Of a stretch of 64,000 nt of DNA, positions 40,861 to 50,111 are shown one piece after another. The stretch is from Candidatus Poribacteria bacterium (GTDB lineage Bacteria; Poribacteria; WGA-4E; PCPOR2b): the NCBI GenBank assembly GCA_965208325.1, contig OZ242326.1:2144001-2208000 (forward strand). The letters are read 5' to 3'. A program made the position numbers and the translations under genes. Numbering within the stretch: position 1 is the stretch's first letter; each line of letters opens with the position of its first letter. The notes below the pieces were generated by a model that was not told the DNA's origin, ran no database searches, and saw nothing but the letters and a program-made list of their open reading frames with translations.

Positions 40861-41286
40861 ATGCTCACTTTGGAGGAATCAAAATTGGACCGCCGTATCC
40901 GGCACTACGAAGACAAATTAAGCTATGAAACCGACTCATGGGACCTAAATGAAGCCATTCAAAACGGCGAGAGAATTGTCGTAATCGACACGCGTTCTTT
41001 CGATGCGTTCGAAGAAGAACACATCCCCGGAGCGGTAAGTTTGCCGCATCGGACGATGCGCCAAGAGACGACTTCCCATATGGATCTAGAATTTCTCTAC
41101 GTCACATACTGCGACGGTATTGGTTGCAATGCGTCAACCAAAGGTGCACTCAAGATGGCACAGTTAGGATTCCGCGTGAAGGAGCTAATCGGCGGCTTGG
41201 ATTGGTGGAAGCGGGATGGATACCCTACGGAAACTTCTGATAGATTGCGTGCGGATACACAATCAACATCGTGCGTTTGTTCATAA
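40861..41286 (+). CDS. Rhodanese-like domain protein
   Basis: HIPGA, YCDGIGCNAS, GGLDWW. Confidence 0.85.
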   Translation: MLTLEESKLDRRIRHYEDKLSYETDSWDLNEAIQNGERIVVIDTRSFDAFEEEHIPGAVSLPHRTMRQETTSHMDLEFLYVTYCDGIGCNASTKGALKMAQLGFRVKELIGGLDWWKRDGYPTETSDRLRADTQSTSCVCS

Positions 41287-41427
41287 TATGCGGCCACGCT
41301 GGGTAATCCCGCATGAAGGCCCTGGAACGCACACCTGCATATCTATATCTCCGATTCTGAATCACTGTATTCCGAGTCTTTGCGGGTTTCCCATAATCCA
41401 TTCGCCGCAGCTTTGAAGGACATACCC

Positions 41428-41988
41428 ATGCAATACGACGAGAATTCGCCATTCTACAAATTGCTCGCTACGAAGTATAAGGAGGACGAGGAAGACCTTG
41501 GCATAGCCATTATCGAATCTCATCCGGAAATCGCAACATTCGAATGGCCCGGTCCAGATGAAGAGGGGCAACCATTCATCGAAGGGAGTACGGCGCTGCA
41601 TTACGCCGCCAATGACGGAAAAGACAGGCTTGTCCTCAAACTTCTCGCGCATGGTGCGGACATCAATGCCAGCAATGCAAATTGGTATCGATCCGTGCTA
41701 TCTTGGGCCGCAAACAACGCGAGAATATCAACCATCCGTCTGCTTCTTGAAAACGGCGCCGACCCAAATTCGCTGGATGCGGTGCATGCCGCTGCTTACG
41801 GCGGATCGGCGTGCGGAGATGGTGAAGAGCAGGAATATGCCGAGTCGCTTAGAATCCTGATTGAAGCGGGCGCTGACATGAACGATCGAAGACATTATCA
41901 GAACCAAACACCGTTGCGCGTTGCTTTGAACAGCGGCAACAGAGGGGCAATTGAGTATTTGTCCAGTATTGGCGCCGCTGAAGTATAA
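41428..41988 (+). CDS. Ankyrin-repeat protein
   Basis: TALHYAA...LLAHGADIN, LLENGADPN, TPLRVA. Confidence 0.85.
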   Translation: MQYDENSPFYKLLATKYKEDEEDLGIAIIESHPEIATFEWPGPDEEGQPFIEGSTALHYAANDGKDRLVLKLLAHGADINASNANWYRSVLSWAANNARISTIRLLLENGADPNSLDAVHAAAYGGSACGDGEEQEYAESLRILIEAGADMNDRRHYQNQTPLRVALNSGNRGAIEYLSSIGAAEV

Positions 41989-42158
41989 ATCCAGACTAAC
42001 CCACTGACACAAGCAGTGATTTTCTTTTCGTTGCATGAGGGTCATTTGAGTTGTTTATGTCTGTCGTACGGTTTAGGCAGTTCTTCGACGCGCTAATCCC
42101 AAAACCCTGAGACTACGGAATTTGTTTATTCATCAAGTAAGATTAGGAGATTTCAATC

Positions 42159-42890
42159 ATGAGTAACGCCAAGGCACTAATGCCGCTCGGTTTAATACTC
42201 GCGCTTGGCCTTGTAATATCGACCTACCTCGTCACCAGATTTGCGCGAGAGGTCGTCATGGCTCATCAAATCATAAAGGTCAGGGGATACGCCGAAATCC
42301 CCGTCGAGTCGGATTTGGCGATATGGCATATCACCGTTAAAGCGAAAGACAGAGATTTGGCAAAGGCATATCCCGTACTTGCCTCACATCGCGAAGCAGT
42401 GATAGCTTTTCTGAAAGAAAACGGCGTGAATTCTGAGGAGACGAAAATCTCTCCAGTCCAAGTACGCGAGCACAATATACGCACCGAAAACGGCCATGAA
42501 ACAAGCGAGATTGAGGCATTCCAGCTTTCTCAGGACATTACGGTCAACTCGAAGGACGTGCACAACATATCAAAAATTGCGACATCAATAGCCGAACTGC
42601 TTGGACGAGGCGTAAACTTTAAGACGGAAATGCCAGGCTATTACTTTACGGGTGTCAACACACTAAAGAGTACGCTGCTCGTGGAGGCAACAAAAGACGC
42701 ACGGATGCGGGCGAAGACGTTGGCTGAGGGCAGCGAAGCTAATCTGGGACCGCTCCGCGCCGCACGTCAAGGCATATTTAGCGTTCAGTCAGCGTACTCG
42801 AGCAGCATTGCAGAAGAAGCCAGTGATGATGTCTGGTCTATTGCGAAGAAAGTCACTGCCGTTGTAACGTTCGACTATATTATGCGGTGA
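42159..42890 (+). CDS. SIMPL (DUF541) domain protein
   Basis: IKVRGYAE, SDLAIW, EATKDARMRA, ARQGIF. Confidence 0.8.
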   Translation: MSNAKALMPLGLILALGLVISTYLVTRFAREVVMAHQIIKVRGYAEIPVESDLAIWHITVKAKDRDLAKAYPVLASHREAVIAFLKENGVNSEETKISPVQVREHNIRTENGHETSEIEAFQLSQDITVNSKDVHNISKIATSIAELLGRGVNFKTEMPGYYFTGVNTLKSTLLVEATKDARMRAKTLAEGSEANLGPLRAARQGIFSVQSAYSSSIAEEASDDVWSIAKKVTAVVTFDYIMR

Positions 42891-42997
42891 ATGCGTGACA
42901 CACCTTCACGACGTCTAAATTAAGAGGGTTTTGTTGCCATCCGGTGTTTGTCCGTAATTCATACAACAACCAGACTCGGAGGCATTTAACAGCCAAA

Positions 42998-44017
42998 ATG
43001 AGCGAAAAAGAGGTATTAATATTCACTGACGGCGCCTGTATCGGCAACCCGGGTAAGGGTGGATACGGCGTTGTGCTCTGTTATAATGGAAACCAGAAGC
43101 AGTTATCCGGAGGGTTCCGTCTCACGACAAACAATCGGATGGAAATCATGGCGGCAATTGTCGGATTGGAGGCGTTAAAGTCCCCGTGCACAGTTACGCT
43201 GTACACGGATTCAAGATACCTCGCCGACGCAATCACCAAAGGGTGGGCGCGGCGATGGCGAGCAAAGGGATGGTGGAGAACGGACAAAGAAAAAGCCTTA
43301 AACGCCGACCTGTGGACGAGATTGCTGGATTTGTGCGAGCAACATAATGTCAAATTCCGCTGGATTAAAGGGCACGCAGGACATGAATGGAATGAGATTT
43401 GCGATAAGATTTCAAAGGAAGCAGCAGGTGCTCCAAACCTTCCAGAAGATGGTGGGTATACTGTAGAACCTAGCACAGGGGAAGAGAATGCGAATTTACA
43501 TCGCTGTGTTCAATTTAACGGGAAAAGTTATACTTGGGATTCGGTGAATTGGTACGAGACCGAGACGCATTTAAGACCACCTGTGTCGGTGATTTCTGAG
43601 CTAAACAAGCGTTTGTTACCTTTATTGGAGGAAGAAGACCAACAAACCAAGGATTTCCATGCCCTGCTTGTCAGTGCAAAGAAAGCTCGAGACTCCAAAC
43701 AGTACGTAAGAGCGGAAAAACTTGCTCGACGTGCGGTTAAATTGTCTCCTAGTGACGTTGGTGCATCTGCTGTGCTTTCGTCTTGTCTTCGTGCCCAAGG
43801 AAGTTCAAGAGAAGCTCTTAAGGTAACAGAACGTTTTAAGTTTGCGCTTTACTTGCCACTGCTGAGTACGCGCGTGGCTGCATTATGTGACCTTAACAGA
43901 TGGGAAGAGGCGAAGCAAGCGGTTGACCGTGCGGTTGCTATCGGAACGAACAAAGAAAAATTCTCTGAAATAGTCGAACGGATAAGGGAAGCTAAACCTG
44001 AGCTTTACGACGAGTGA
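42998..44017 (+). CDS. rnhA: Ribonuclease HI fused to a C-terminal TPR-like region
   Basis: [39 protein letters not shown]; about 190 extra C-terminal residues. Confidence 0.9.
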   Translation: MSEKEVLIFTDGACIGNPGKGGYGVVLCYNGNQKQLSGGFRLTTNNRMEIMAAIVGLEALKSPCTVTLYTDSRYLADAITKGWARRWRAKGWWRTDKEKALNADLWTRLLDLCEQHNVKFRWIKGHAGHEWNEICDKISKEAAGAPNLPEDGGYTVEPSTGEENANLHRCVQFNGKSYTWDSVNWYETETHLRPPVSVISELNKRLLPLLEEEDQQTKDFHALLVSAKKARDSKQYVRAEKLARRAVKLSPSDVGASAVLSSCLRAQGSSREALKVTERFKFALYLPLLSTRVAALCDLNRWEEAKQAVDRAVAIGTNKEKFSEIVERIREAKPELYDE

Positions 44018-44145
44018 CGGATTCACAGACATAGACCCTAACAAGGTATTGCAGATTAGGACTGGAAGTGCAGTTTTATTTACTAGTGTTTTCAGAAAAG
44101 TGTGCATTCTGGTCTATCACATTCAGCTCACAGGGAATCAGCGTA

Positions 44146-44517
44146 ATGATTAAAAAAATTGCAACATCGGCGGTCTATGTGGCGGATCAAGATAAAGCCG
44201 TACAGTTTTGGGGGAAACAGGTGGGTTTTGAAATACGCCGCGATTTACCGATGGGATCCGAAGCCAGATGGATTGAAATGGCGCCGCCGGGCGCCGAATC
44301 CTGCATCGTCATTTACCCAAAAACCATGATGGAGGATTGGGCTGAACGGAAGCCGTCCATGGTATTTGAGTGCGATGATATAGAACAAACTCACAGGGAG
44401 ATGGCTGATCGGGGCGTCGAATTTTCTCAAGAGCCTAAGGAGATGCCGTGGGGTATGTTCGCCATCTTTTTGGATCCTGAGGGCAATTGGTACGGTTTGC
44501 GCGAAGCATCCAAATAA
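44146..44517 (+). CDS. VOC/glyoxalase family protein
   Basis: VYVADQDKA, PWGMFAIFLDPEGN. Confidence 0.88.
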   Translation: MIKKIATSAVYVADQDKAVQFWGKQVGFEIRRDLPMGSEARWIEMAPPGAESCIVIYPKTMMEDWAERKPSMVFECDDIEQTHREMADRGVEFSQEPKEMPWGMFAIFLDPEGNWYGLREASK

Positions 44518-44563
44518 AACACGCAATCTTCACTCGCGCTGCTGAAATCTGTGACCCCTTACC

Positions 44564-47395
44564 TCACTTTGCCGACATCCAATTGTCGCCAATCCCAACC
44601 TCCGTCCGAAGGGGAACTCGTAACGCCATCGCGCCTTCCATCTCCTCGCGCACCACGGCTGCATGTGCGTCAGCGACCGATTCAGGTGTTTCATATACCA
44701 ACTCGTCGTGAATCTGCAGCAGCAGTTTCAACGGTAAACTGTCTCCATCAATGCGCTCCTGCACGTTCACCATCGCCGCTTTAATTAAGTCTGCCGCGCT
44801 TCCCTGAACCACCGTGTTGAACGCTAAACGTTCGCCCTGGCTCTGGCGGTGCCGGTTCGAGGAGTGAATCTCCGGGATAGCGCGCCGCCGTCCGGTGAGC
44901 GTGCAAACATATCCGTGTTCCAACGCCTGTTGAATACACCGATTCAAGAAAATCTCGATTCCCGGAAAGCGTTCCTTGTAGTCGTTAATCAACGCCGTAG
45001 CGGTCTTTACGTCCATACCCTTAATCCGCCGCGCGAGTCCAAACGGGGATACTCCATAGATGATGCCAAAATTAATCGTCTTCGCACGGTCGCGCTGTTC
45101 CCGCGTCACGCTCTCAGTCGGGACGCCGTACACCTGCGAAGCCACGGACGTGTGAATATCGAGTCCTTTCTCAAACACCTCAATCAAGCCAGGGTCTTCG
45201 CTGAAGTGGGCGAGCAATCGGAGTTCAATCTGTGAGTAGTCGGCGCAGATGAGTTTGTTGCCTTCCGGGGCTTTGAACGCCTTACGAAGTTGGCGTCCCA
45301 CCTCTGTCCGCACCGGGATATTCTGTAGGTTGGGCCCGTGCGACGCCAACCTCCCGGTGGCAGTGGTGAGTTGATGGAATGTGGCGTGAATGCGCCCCGT
45401 CTCCTTGTTTACTGCGCTCCGCAGTTGGTCAAGGTAGGTGCTAGTCAATTTGGTAAGTTGGCGGTACTCAATAATGAGACGCGGTATCGTCGTGTGCGGC
45501 TGATTCAAGTCCTCCTGCGCTGTGAGCCGTTCCAACACAGTCACGTCCGTACCCCACCGGCCGCTCTTCGTCCGTTTCACCGGCTCAAAACCGAGCTTTT
45601 CGAATAGCACCTCGCCAAGTTGCTGCGTGGACTCCAGATGGAATTCGCCGCCGGCGAGCTCCCAAATTTCCGTGCGGAGTGCGTTGATTCGCTCGTTGAT
45701 AATTTCGCCTTGCCGCGCCAACTCCTCCGGATCGCAGACAACGCCGTTGAACTCAATTTCCGCAATGATTGGCGCGAGCGGTGATTCAATGTCGCGTACA
45801 AGGGCAGTAATGCCCATCTCCTCCAACTTGGGCAGTAGGTGGTGATATAAGCGAAGCACGATGTCAGTGTCCTCGGAGGCATAGGTCGTAACCTGCGCCA
45901 ACGGAATCGTGTCGATAGCTCTCTCTTCCTCACCCTCACCTATCAGGTCAGCGATTGGAATCATTTTATAGTTAAGGTGAAGCAAGGCGACGGTATCCAG
46001 CCGGTGCCCCGGTTGTTCCGGATCGATTAACAGGCTGGCGAGCATCGTATCAAAAACGACACCGCGCAGCTTAGCACCGTTTCGCAGCAGCACGTGCGCA
46101 TCAAACTTCAGATTATGACCGCACTTGGGCAGGTTGCTGTCTTCCAAAATCGGTTTCAGGGCATTTATGACAGTTTCAGTGTCAAGGTGCTCGCTCGGAT
46201 TTGGTGAGCGAACCGGGACATAAACACCGTGACCGGGCTGCCATGAGAAACTCAAACCGCAGAGCGCTGCGTCTCGCCCCAAACTGGTCGTCTCCGTATC
46301 AACGCTGACAATGGGCTGATCACGGAGTGCCGCCGCGAGTTCCTCCAACTGTTCCGGTGTCGTGATAGCGGTGTAGGTACCTGTGCTGGCGGTGCCGTAA
46401 TCGCCTTTTTCCAGAATCGCTGTCGTTTGCTCTTCCAAAACTGCGACCCGCTCCTTCCTTGTCGTGGGAGTGGGAACTTTCGCGGAAACCGCCGGTTCGG
46501 TGCCATCGGTTAGTTGCTCCAACTCCCTCCGAAACCGGTTAAATCCTAACTGCTCAAACAGCAGCATAAGCTTCTGGCGGTCAATGGAGTCGACCCGCGC
46601 TTGATCTAGCGAAAACGGGAAGTCGGCGTCGCGTTTCAGTGTCACAAGGGTACGCGAAAGGGGCAAATGGGCACGTGCCTTGTCAAGATTTTCTCGACGT
46701 TTGCCTTTAATTTTGTCAATATTCTCGAATATACCGTCAATCGATCCAAAATCTTGTATCAGTTTGGCGGCGGTTTTTGGCCCAATGCCTTCAACACCGG
46801 GGACGTTGTCCACTTTATCGCCCATCAATGCGAGCAAATCAACCACTTGCGCCGGTGTTATGCCTTTATCCGTTTGCAGCGATTCCGCATCAATTGTAGC
46901 GTCTGAATGTATATCAAACATTGTAACGCGATCGCCGAGGAGTTGCTCAAGATCTTTGTCTTTAGAGACGATGCGGATTCGGAGACTGTTGCATGAGGAG
47001 TCGTCAAGTACGCGTTGGGTAATTGTGGCGATGACATCGTCGGCTTCTAATCCCGGCACACCGACGATTGGGATACCGAATAGTTCGGTTACCTCCAGAA
47101 TTCGAGGTATCTGTGAGATGAGGTCGTCCGGGGTAGTCTCGCGAGTACCTTTGTACTCGTCATAGAGATCGTCGCGAAAGGTCTTGCCGGGCATATCAAT
47201 TGCGGCTACAACATAGTTTGGGCGAAACTGAGAGAGGAGTTTAAACAACATACCCGTGAAGCCGAAGACGGCGTGGGTCGGTTCTCCCGTAACAGAACTG
47301 CGCAATCCACCGCGAATGGCGTAATACGCGCGGAAAATCTGGGCGTGCCCATCAATTAGATATAGCGTTTCAACCGGTTCATGTTCTGCTTCCAT
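44564..47395 (-). CDS. polA: DNA polymerase I
   Basis: 5'-3' exonuclease (LIDG, EADD, DNVPGV), 3'-5' exonuclease (DTET), ADYSQIELR, KTINFGIIYG, QIHDEL. Confidence 0.98.
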   Translation of the reverse strand: MEAEHEPVETLYLIDGHAQIFRAYYAIRGGLRSSVTGEPTHAVFGFTGMLFKLLSQFRPNYVVAAIDMPGKTFRDDLYDEYKGTRETTPDDLISQIPRILEVTELFGIPIVGVPGLEADDVIATITQRVLDDSSCNSLRIRIVSKDKDLEQLLGDRVTMFDIHSDATIDAESLQTDKGITPAQVVDLLALMGDKVDNVPGVEGIGPKTAAKLIQDFGSIDGIFENIDKIKGKRRENLDKARAHLPLSRTLVTLKRDADFPFSLDQARVDSIDRQKLMLLFEQLGFNRFRRELEQLTDGTEPAVSAKVPTPTTRKERVAVLEEQTTAILEKGDYGTASTGTYTAITTPEQLEELAAALRDQPIVSVDTETTSLGRDAALCGLSFSWQPGHGVYVPVRSPNPSEHLDTETVINALKPILEDSNLPKCGHNLKFDAHVLLRNGAKLRGVVFDTMLASLLIDPEQPGHRLDTVALLHLNYKMIPIADLIGEGEEERAIDTIPLAQVTTYASEDTDIVLRLYHHLLPKLEEMGITALVRDIESPLAPIIAEIEFNGVVCDPEELARQGEIINERINALRTEIWELAGGEFHLESTQQLGEVLFEKLGFEPVKRTKSGRWGTDVTVLERLTAQEDLNQPHTTIPRLIIEYRQLTKLTSTYLDQLRSAVNKETGRIHATFHQLTTATGRLASHGPNLQNIPVRTEVGRQLRKAFKAPEGNKLICADYSQIELRLLAHFSEDPGLIEVFEKGLDIHTSVASQVYGVPTESVTREQRDRAKTINFGIIYGVSPFGLARRIKGMDVKTATALINDYKERFPGIEIFLNRCIQQALEHGYVCTLTGRRRAIPEIHSSNRHRQSQGERLAFNTVVQGSAADLIKAAMVNVQERIDGDSLPLKLLLQIHDELVYETPESVADAHAAVVREEMEGAMALRVPLRTEVGIGDNWMSAK

Positions 47396-47686
47396 GTTTG
47401 TATCCTTCAGTAATTGAAACTACAGCGCGATTTACAGCCTTTTCGATTGGGAATTATTTCACACTTTGCTATAATGCTAAAGTTTGGACAATTGAGGTGA
47501 ACTGAGATTTTATCCGCTCGGCAATCTGTCAGGAGTTTCAAAGGGAAATCATTCCATCCCGTTTACTGCATAAACGGTATTTTAACCGAATCGGCTATAA
47601 AACGCAACCCACAAAGCTTCGCTCATTTCCGAGCATTCAAAGCCGGTGTGCGAGACAGTTTGGAATACATACGGGGAGAACCATAG

Positions 47687-48019
47687 TTGAAGAATGAACC
47701 TAAAAAAGCCATACTGGATGACTTCTTTTCCAAGAATGATGATGTACGCGCCGGGCAGATGTTCGGCTATCCGGCATATTACGTCGGGCGTTCGATGTTC
47801 GCTTGCCTCTACGAGGGGGTGGTCGGTTTAAAGCTACCGGAAACGATGGCGAATGAAGCGAGGGAGAAGAAGGAAATCACCTATTTTCAGCCTTATGGAA
47901 AACCCAAAATGCGGGAATGGGTTCAACTTGATTTCGACTCGGAAGGAGACCTAGACCGGCAAAAAATCCTCCTGGATGCCGCGATAGCGTATGCGCAAAC
48001 GAGAAGAAGCAAGAAATGA
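47687..48019 (+). CDS. TfoX-N/YjbR-like protein
   Basis: MFGYPAYYV...MFAC, MREWV. Confidence 0.65.
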   Translation: MKNEPKKAILDDFFSKNDDVRAGQMFGYPAYYVGRSMFACLYEGVVGLKLPETMANEAREKKEITYFQPYGKPKMREWVQLDFDSEGDLDRQKILLDAAIAYAQTRRSKK

Positions 48020-48156
48020 AGGGCTAATTGCAGGGAGATTTCGGTTGGAAGTCATTTCTGCGTTTGAGATTGCAACACTAAGCCGCTTAAAATGAAAAAG
48101 GTCTGCACAATAAATGGCAGACCCTTTTCTTACTAACGAAATGCGAATCTATAGAC

Positions 48157-48729
48157 TCAAGGGAGTTGGGTGAAGACACTGTCTTTACCCGGCACAGCTT
48201 CATCATTAACCTTGCTGTGGCAGGCGTGACAGCCGAGAGCCCTATTTCCGTCCACATCGCCAGCAACACCAATGAATACGGCATCTGCAGAGTCGCGCTG
48301 ATACTGGATGTATTTCCAATTATTGTGGTCGGCATACATCGCATCGTCCACTTTCCACATAACCGCGACACGCCAGACGAAAGTGTTGTCGTCATCCATG
48401 ATTTCCTTGACAATCGTGGTTCCGCTATGAAAGGTTTGCTCACTCGTATCTTCCAAGGTTTCGACGCCAGTCGAGTTGATATAGACGGTTCGGGTTCCCG
48501 CACCGTGTGCGCTGCCGCTGTCCTGCGGCATTTCAAATTCCGCGGGCGGCGCGCCAAGTTCAACGCTCCTCCAAGACTCGTACCCCGCTATATCTGACGG
48601 GAGGCCTGCTGCCAGCATCTGTTCGGCCTCATCGTCCATTTCGGGCTCATCGTCTTCTGAATCGCCGCACGCAACGAATACAACACAGCCAATCAAAATT
48701 GCAATTAATGCACTTTTTCGATTTAGCAT
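48157..48729 (-). CDS. Cytochrome P460-family lipoprotein
   Basis: Lipobox FVAC, RTVYIN, GTTIVKE, VMWK, WKY, C-terminal CHACH. Confidence 0.8.
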   Translation of the reverse strand: MLNRKSALIAILIGCVVFVACGDSEDDEPEMDDEAEQMLAAGLPSDIAGYESWRSVELGAPPAEFEMPQDSGSAHGAGTRTVYINSTGVETLEDTSEQTFHSGTTIVKEIMDDDNTFVWRVAVMWKVDDAMYADHNNWKYIQYQRDSADAVFIGVAGDVDGNRALGCHACHSKVNDEAVPGKDSVFTQLP

Positions 48730-48910
48730 CGCGAATCCTCCTTCCTGTATATTTTTATAAAGACCACACTGTTGTCAATCTGCGTGAATAGCCAAACTTA
48801 TACCCCATAACAGTTTTCAACCTTCGTAGATTCTGTAGCGCAGAACCAAGCCATTTTGAATTTAGATTCATAATCAATTGATTGGGGCTTGGCTATTTCT
48901 TGACAAACGG

Positions 48911-48944
48911 CGCATAGTATACACTATGCGTTTGTTGAAATCAA
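48911..48944 (-). promoter_or_regulatory. sigma70-type promoter overlapped by a palindromic operator, upstream of cytochrome P460
   Basis: Minus strand TTGATT-17 bp-TATACT; palindrome CGCATAGT-N4-ACTATGCG (48911-48930). Confidence 0.55.
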
Positions 48945-49085
48945 CCGAAAATCCATTCACTGTTTTCAGTGGTTTTCCCAACCACCACCCGAATTCTGCG
49001 GCTGTCGCATCGCGTCCGATTTGCTTGACGAAGTCCCATTTGTGCGACAAAAATTGTCCGCGGCGCAGACTGGAAGCGGACTTGA

Positions 49086-49150
49086 ATTTTGACCAAGTCG
49101 TGTAAAAGGTCTGAATCAGGATACTCAGGATTAGGGGATTTTCAGGATGA
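49086..49150 (+). repeat. 9-bp-period repeat element end (TCTGAATCAGGAT...)
   Basis: Near-identical copies at about 49604-49670 and 53375-53440, inverted copy at 49820-49863. Confidence 0.75.
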
Positions 49151-49158
49151 CAAGACTT

Positions 49159-49504
49159 GTAGGTTGGGTAGAGCGGATTCATCCAAAATTCGCCCATTAA
49201 AACCAACCACCCAGTCAACCGCACCGCGTACAAAACTCAATCGATGGAGCGAAACCCAACGTTTTTGAAACGTCTCGATTGCCGAACGGCAGACGCCAAC
49301 GCCAGAACAGCTGGAATAATGAAAAACAATGAGAGTATGCGGAATTCGGAGCGGTGTTTTGGATTCGGGAGTTGATAGGGTTGCCGGAGGTTATAAAAAG
49401 CGTTGGGTTTCGCTCCGCGTGTGTTGACAACAGCATCATTAAAAACTCGGAACGGTAAATTTCTACCAGAACCGTTTTGGGATTATTCGCTCTACCCAAC
49501 CTAC
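49159..49504. mobile_element. Non-autonomous REP/MITE-like element with GTAGGTTGGGTAGAGCG terminal inverted repeats
   Basis: TIRs plus internal GCGAAACCCAAC / GTTGGGTTTCGC; the body aligns with 56266-56646. Confidence 0.75.
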
Positions 49505-49603
49505 AAAAACTGATTAATTGCGGTGCGACCCGTTTGGAATACAGACGCATATTCAACGACAATACGATTCCCATCAGTACAAAATTAGACGGGAAGCACG
49601 TAT

Positions 49604-49863
49604 AATTTCGGACGAAGTCGTGTAAATTGTCTGAATCAGGATACTCAGGATTAAAGGATTTTCAAGATTGAATCTATGTGTTTCGGTTCATTGTCCAGAC
49701 GACTCCTTTATTTTGAGCAATCTAGTTCAGAAAAGTCACAGAATCGCCTCCCATTTTTTTCGAATCTTCATTAACGGGATTAGAGGATTTACAGAATTGA
49801 TTTTATCCGTCACAAATTGTTATCCTGAAAATCCTCTAATCCTGAGTATCCTGATTCAGACAA
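49604..49863. repeat. Element bounded by inverted 9-bp-period arrays
   Basis: TTGTCTGAATCAGGATACTCAGGATT ... AATCCTGAGTATCCTGATTCAGACAA. Confidence 0.75.
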
Positions 49864-49875
49864 ATTTCAGTTTCC

Positions 49876-49986
49876 GTAGGTTGGGTTAAACCGTGTTGAC
49901 GTAAAAATGCAGGTATTACGTTTGGAAATACTGCTTTGATTGCATTAGATATTATGATTGATATAGCATATCCCAACGGTTTTTGA
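49876..49986 (+). repeat. Left half of a GTAGGTTGGG element
   Basis: GTAGGTTGGGTTAA ... ATCCCAACGGTTTTTGA. Confidence 0.5.
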
Positions 49987-50111
49987 TTCTTAATACGGAA
50001 TAAAATTGTCATGTCTGCGATAATTCATCTCCCAAGCGCGTCATAATATATAGAAGGCGATTGAATTGACAAACGCCAACAACACATGCACTGGCATCGG
50101 GAGCGAAAAAA

